A stretch of 7,432 bases of DNA, from contig PEXK01000042.1 in NCBI GenBank assembly GCA_002779075.1, positions 1 to 7,432 on the forward strand, read 5' to 3'. Each line of letters opens with the position of its first letter. The stretch's first letter is position 1. The notes beneath the pieces are model-generated. The model did no database searches and was not told the origin of the DNA. It worked only from the letters and a program-made list of their open reading frames with translations. Below are positions 6,383 through 7,432 of the stretch, piece after piece. The position numbers were made by a program, and so were the translations under genes. This DNA is from Candidatus Diapherotrites archaeon CG08_land_8_20_14_0_20_30_16. Lineage in GTDB: Archaea; Iainarchaeota; Iainarchaeia; Iainarchaeales; 0-14-0-20-30-16.

Positions 6383-6655
6383 TTATATCCTTGTTTTTTT
6401 TTTCTTAGGTACATTTCGGATCAGTATCCTAGATAACTGTTCTTTAAGTCTCCCTCTTTCTTTTAATAACTTATTTCTACGTTTTTGAACATCAAGCAAC
6501 CTATCATTTAATTCTTTCTTTACTTTTTTTGTTTCTGCTTTTTCAATTGCAGCAAATAAAGATAATAATTCTTTTTCTAAAGCTTCTAAAGAACTATTCA
6601 CTGTCAATAATTTTGTAGTCACAGTTCTTGCTTCAGGAAGCTCATTTTCCAACAT
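6383..6655 (-). CDS. Hypothetical 90-aa coiled-coil protein with basic C-terminal tail
   Basis: ATG at 6655, TAA at 6385-6383. Same strand as its neighbours, with short gaps (35 nt to the upstream gene, 57-66 nt to aspS). Heptad-like charged and leucine pattern (LEALEKELLSLFAAIEKAETKKVKKELNDRLLDVQKRRNKLLKERGRLKEQLSRIL), ending in RNVPKKKKTRI. I do not recognise a family. Confidence 0.6.
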   Translation of the reverse strand: MLENELPEARTVTTKLLTVNSSLEALEKELLSLFAAIEKAETKKVKKELNDRLLDVQKRRNKLLKERGRLKEQLSRILIRNVPKKKKTRI

Positions 6656-6690
6656 AAAAACTCTCTTAAAACAATTAAAAACTAAAACAT

Positions 6691-7272
6691 TTATAAATTG
6701 GGTCTCAATATTCTCAAAAATTCTGCGGATAGTTTCTGTTTTTTACCATTAATAATCAAACAACTATTGTTCTCTGTATATTCTGGCAGATATTTCCACA
6801 CATTTTCAAGTCTGTTATGTTTAATCTCTTTTATGTACTTTGTAAACAAAGGATAAAATATCCTTGGATCATCTGCATTTCTTGCTTGTTTGTCCAGTTT
6901 GCAGAAATCAAATTTCTCGCCATAAAATTTAAACTCTGGAAACAACCTGCATATCAATGGCCTGGAATTATAGATTGCACATTGTTTATTTTTAAGAAAA
7001 ACACAATGATTGCTTTTCTGCTTTAATGCTAAACACAAAAACAAGAAATACCTCTTCTTATCTAGGACTATTCCCAAAAAATCAGTTTTCATATTTGGTT
7101 GATAGGGAAATAATTCAAAATAATAATCAAGATATTGATTTACAAACTCTCTATAGTTTAGGTGTAGGTTTCGTGCAATAGCTTTTGCTTCATTTGGAAA
7201 TAAGTATATTTTGTATTTCCTGCAGCACAAATCACAGCCATTGCATAAATTTTCAGTTATCATAAATATCAT
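6691..7272 (-). CDS. YkgJ/UPF0153-family cysteine-cluster (CxxCxxCC, putative Zn/Fe-chelating) protein
   Basis: N-terminal C-x2-C-x2-CC motif (CNGCDLCC, aa 10-17). Second cluster HCVFLKNKQCAIYNSRPLICRLFP (C90, C98, C108) matches the family pattern C-x-F-L...C-x-I-Y..RP..CR.FP as I recall it. 193 aa; ATG at 7272, TAA at 6693-6691. A second in-frame ATG at 7263 is a possible alternative start. Confidence 0.82.
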   Translation of the reverse strand: MIFMITENLCNGCDLCCRKYKIYLFPNEAKAIARNLHLNYREFVNQYLDYYFELFPYQPNMKTDFLGIVLDKKRYFLFLCLALKQKSNHCVFLKNKQCAIYNSRPLICRLFPEFKFYGEKFDFCKLDKQARNADDPRIFYPLFTKYIKEIKHNRLENVWKYLPEYTENNSCLIINGKKQKLSAEFLRILRPNL

Positions 7273-7319
7273 TATTATACTCTTATTTTCTCTAAATCTT
7301 TAATAATATTTTTTGATAT

Positions 7320-7341
7320 AAATTCTAATAAAATTCTAATA
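7320..7341. repeat. Perfect 11-bp tandem duplication AAATTCTAATA x2 upstream of the cysteine-cluster gene
   Basis: 7320-7330 and 7331-7341 are identical. The pair is flanked by direct TTTTGAT copies at 7311-7317 and 7343-7349, giving an A-B-B-A layout. It lies 48-69 nt upstream of the ATG at 7272. Confidence 0.6.
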
Positions 7342-7432
7342 ATTTTGATTCAATACTAGAAGACAATCTATATTTCTTTGCTAATTTTAAAAATAAAATA
7401 TAAATTATTCTTTTGTTTATGCCTAGATTTTC

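Noticed and set aside
6817-7026. 69-aa plus-strand ORF
   Set aside because: It is antisense to the YkgJ-like CDS, whose cysteine motifs validate the minus frame.
7419-7432. ATG CCT AGA TTT TC at the right edge, a possible start of a plus-strand gene
   Set aside because: Only 14 nt are visible and there is no evident RBS, so it cannot be supported.

Overview
AT-rich window (roughly 30% GC by eye) in which every convincing gene is on the minus strand. The supplied ORF track omits the dominant feature. An uninterrupted minus-strand frame runs from the ATG at 4227 to the window edge at position 1: 1409 codons under the standard code, about 57% of the window. It was probably skipped because it has no stop inside the window. 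I translated it by hand. It has a 45-aa aromatic-rich N-terminal segment and a single TM anchor. Five or six divergent ~80-aa modules follow, with the carboxypeptidase-regulatory-like (transthyretin-like beta-sandwich) motif pattern. Two large regions I cannot assign to any family come next. The last visible part is a ~106-aa almost charge-free N/G/Y/F/M/P/T-rich tract with four NP[F/M/I] motifs. This giant anchored ectoprotein is the best candidate for something new (adhesin or cell-cell contact protein of a small-genome organism). To its right lies a 529-bp gap (4228-4756) with no credible gene, several AT palindromes and a GAATTC-cored repeat pair. Then come a bacterial-type aspartyl-tRNA synthetase with a half-sized insertion domain (4757-6316), a 90-aa orphan coiled-coil protein with a basic tail (6383-6655), and a YkgJ/UPF0153-type CxxCxxCC cysteine-cluster protein (6691-7272). 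I saw no tRNA, rRNA, CRISPR array or mobile element, and no evidence of stop-codon reassignment. Lineage is unresolved: the features fit a streamlined uncultivated lineage (CPR/Patescibacteria-like bacterium or DPANN-like archaeon). All family calls come from motif recognition, not from searches.
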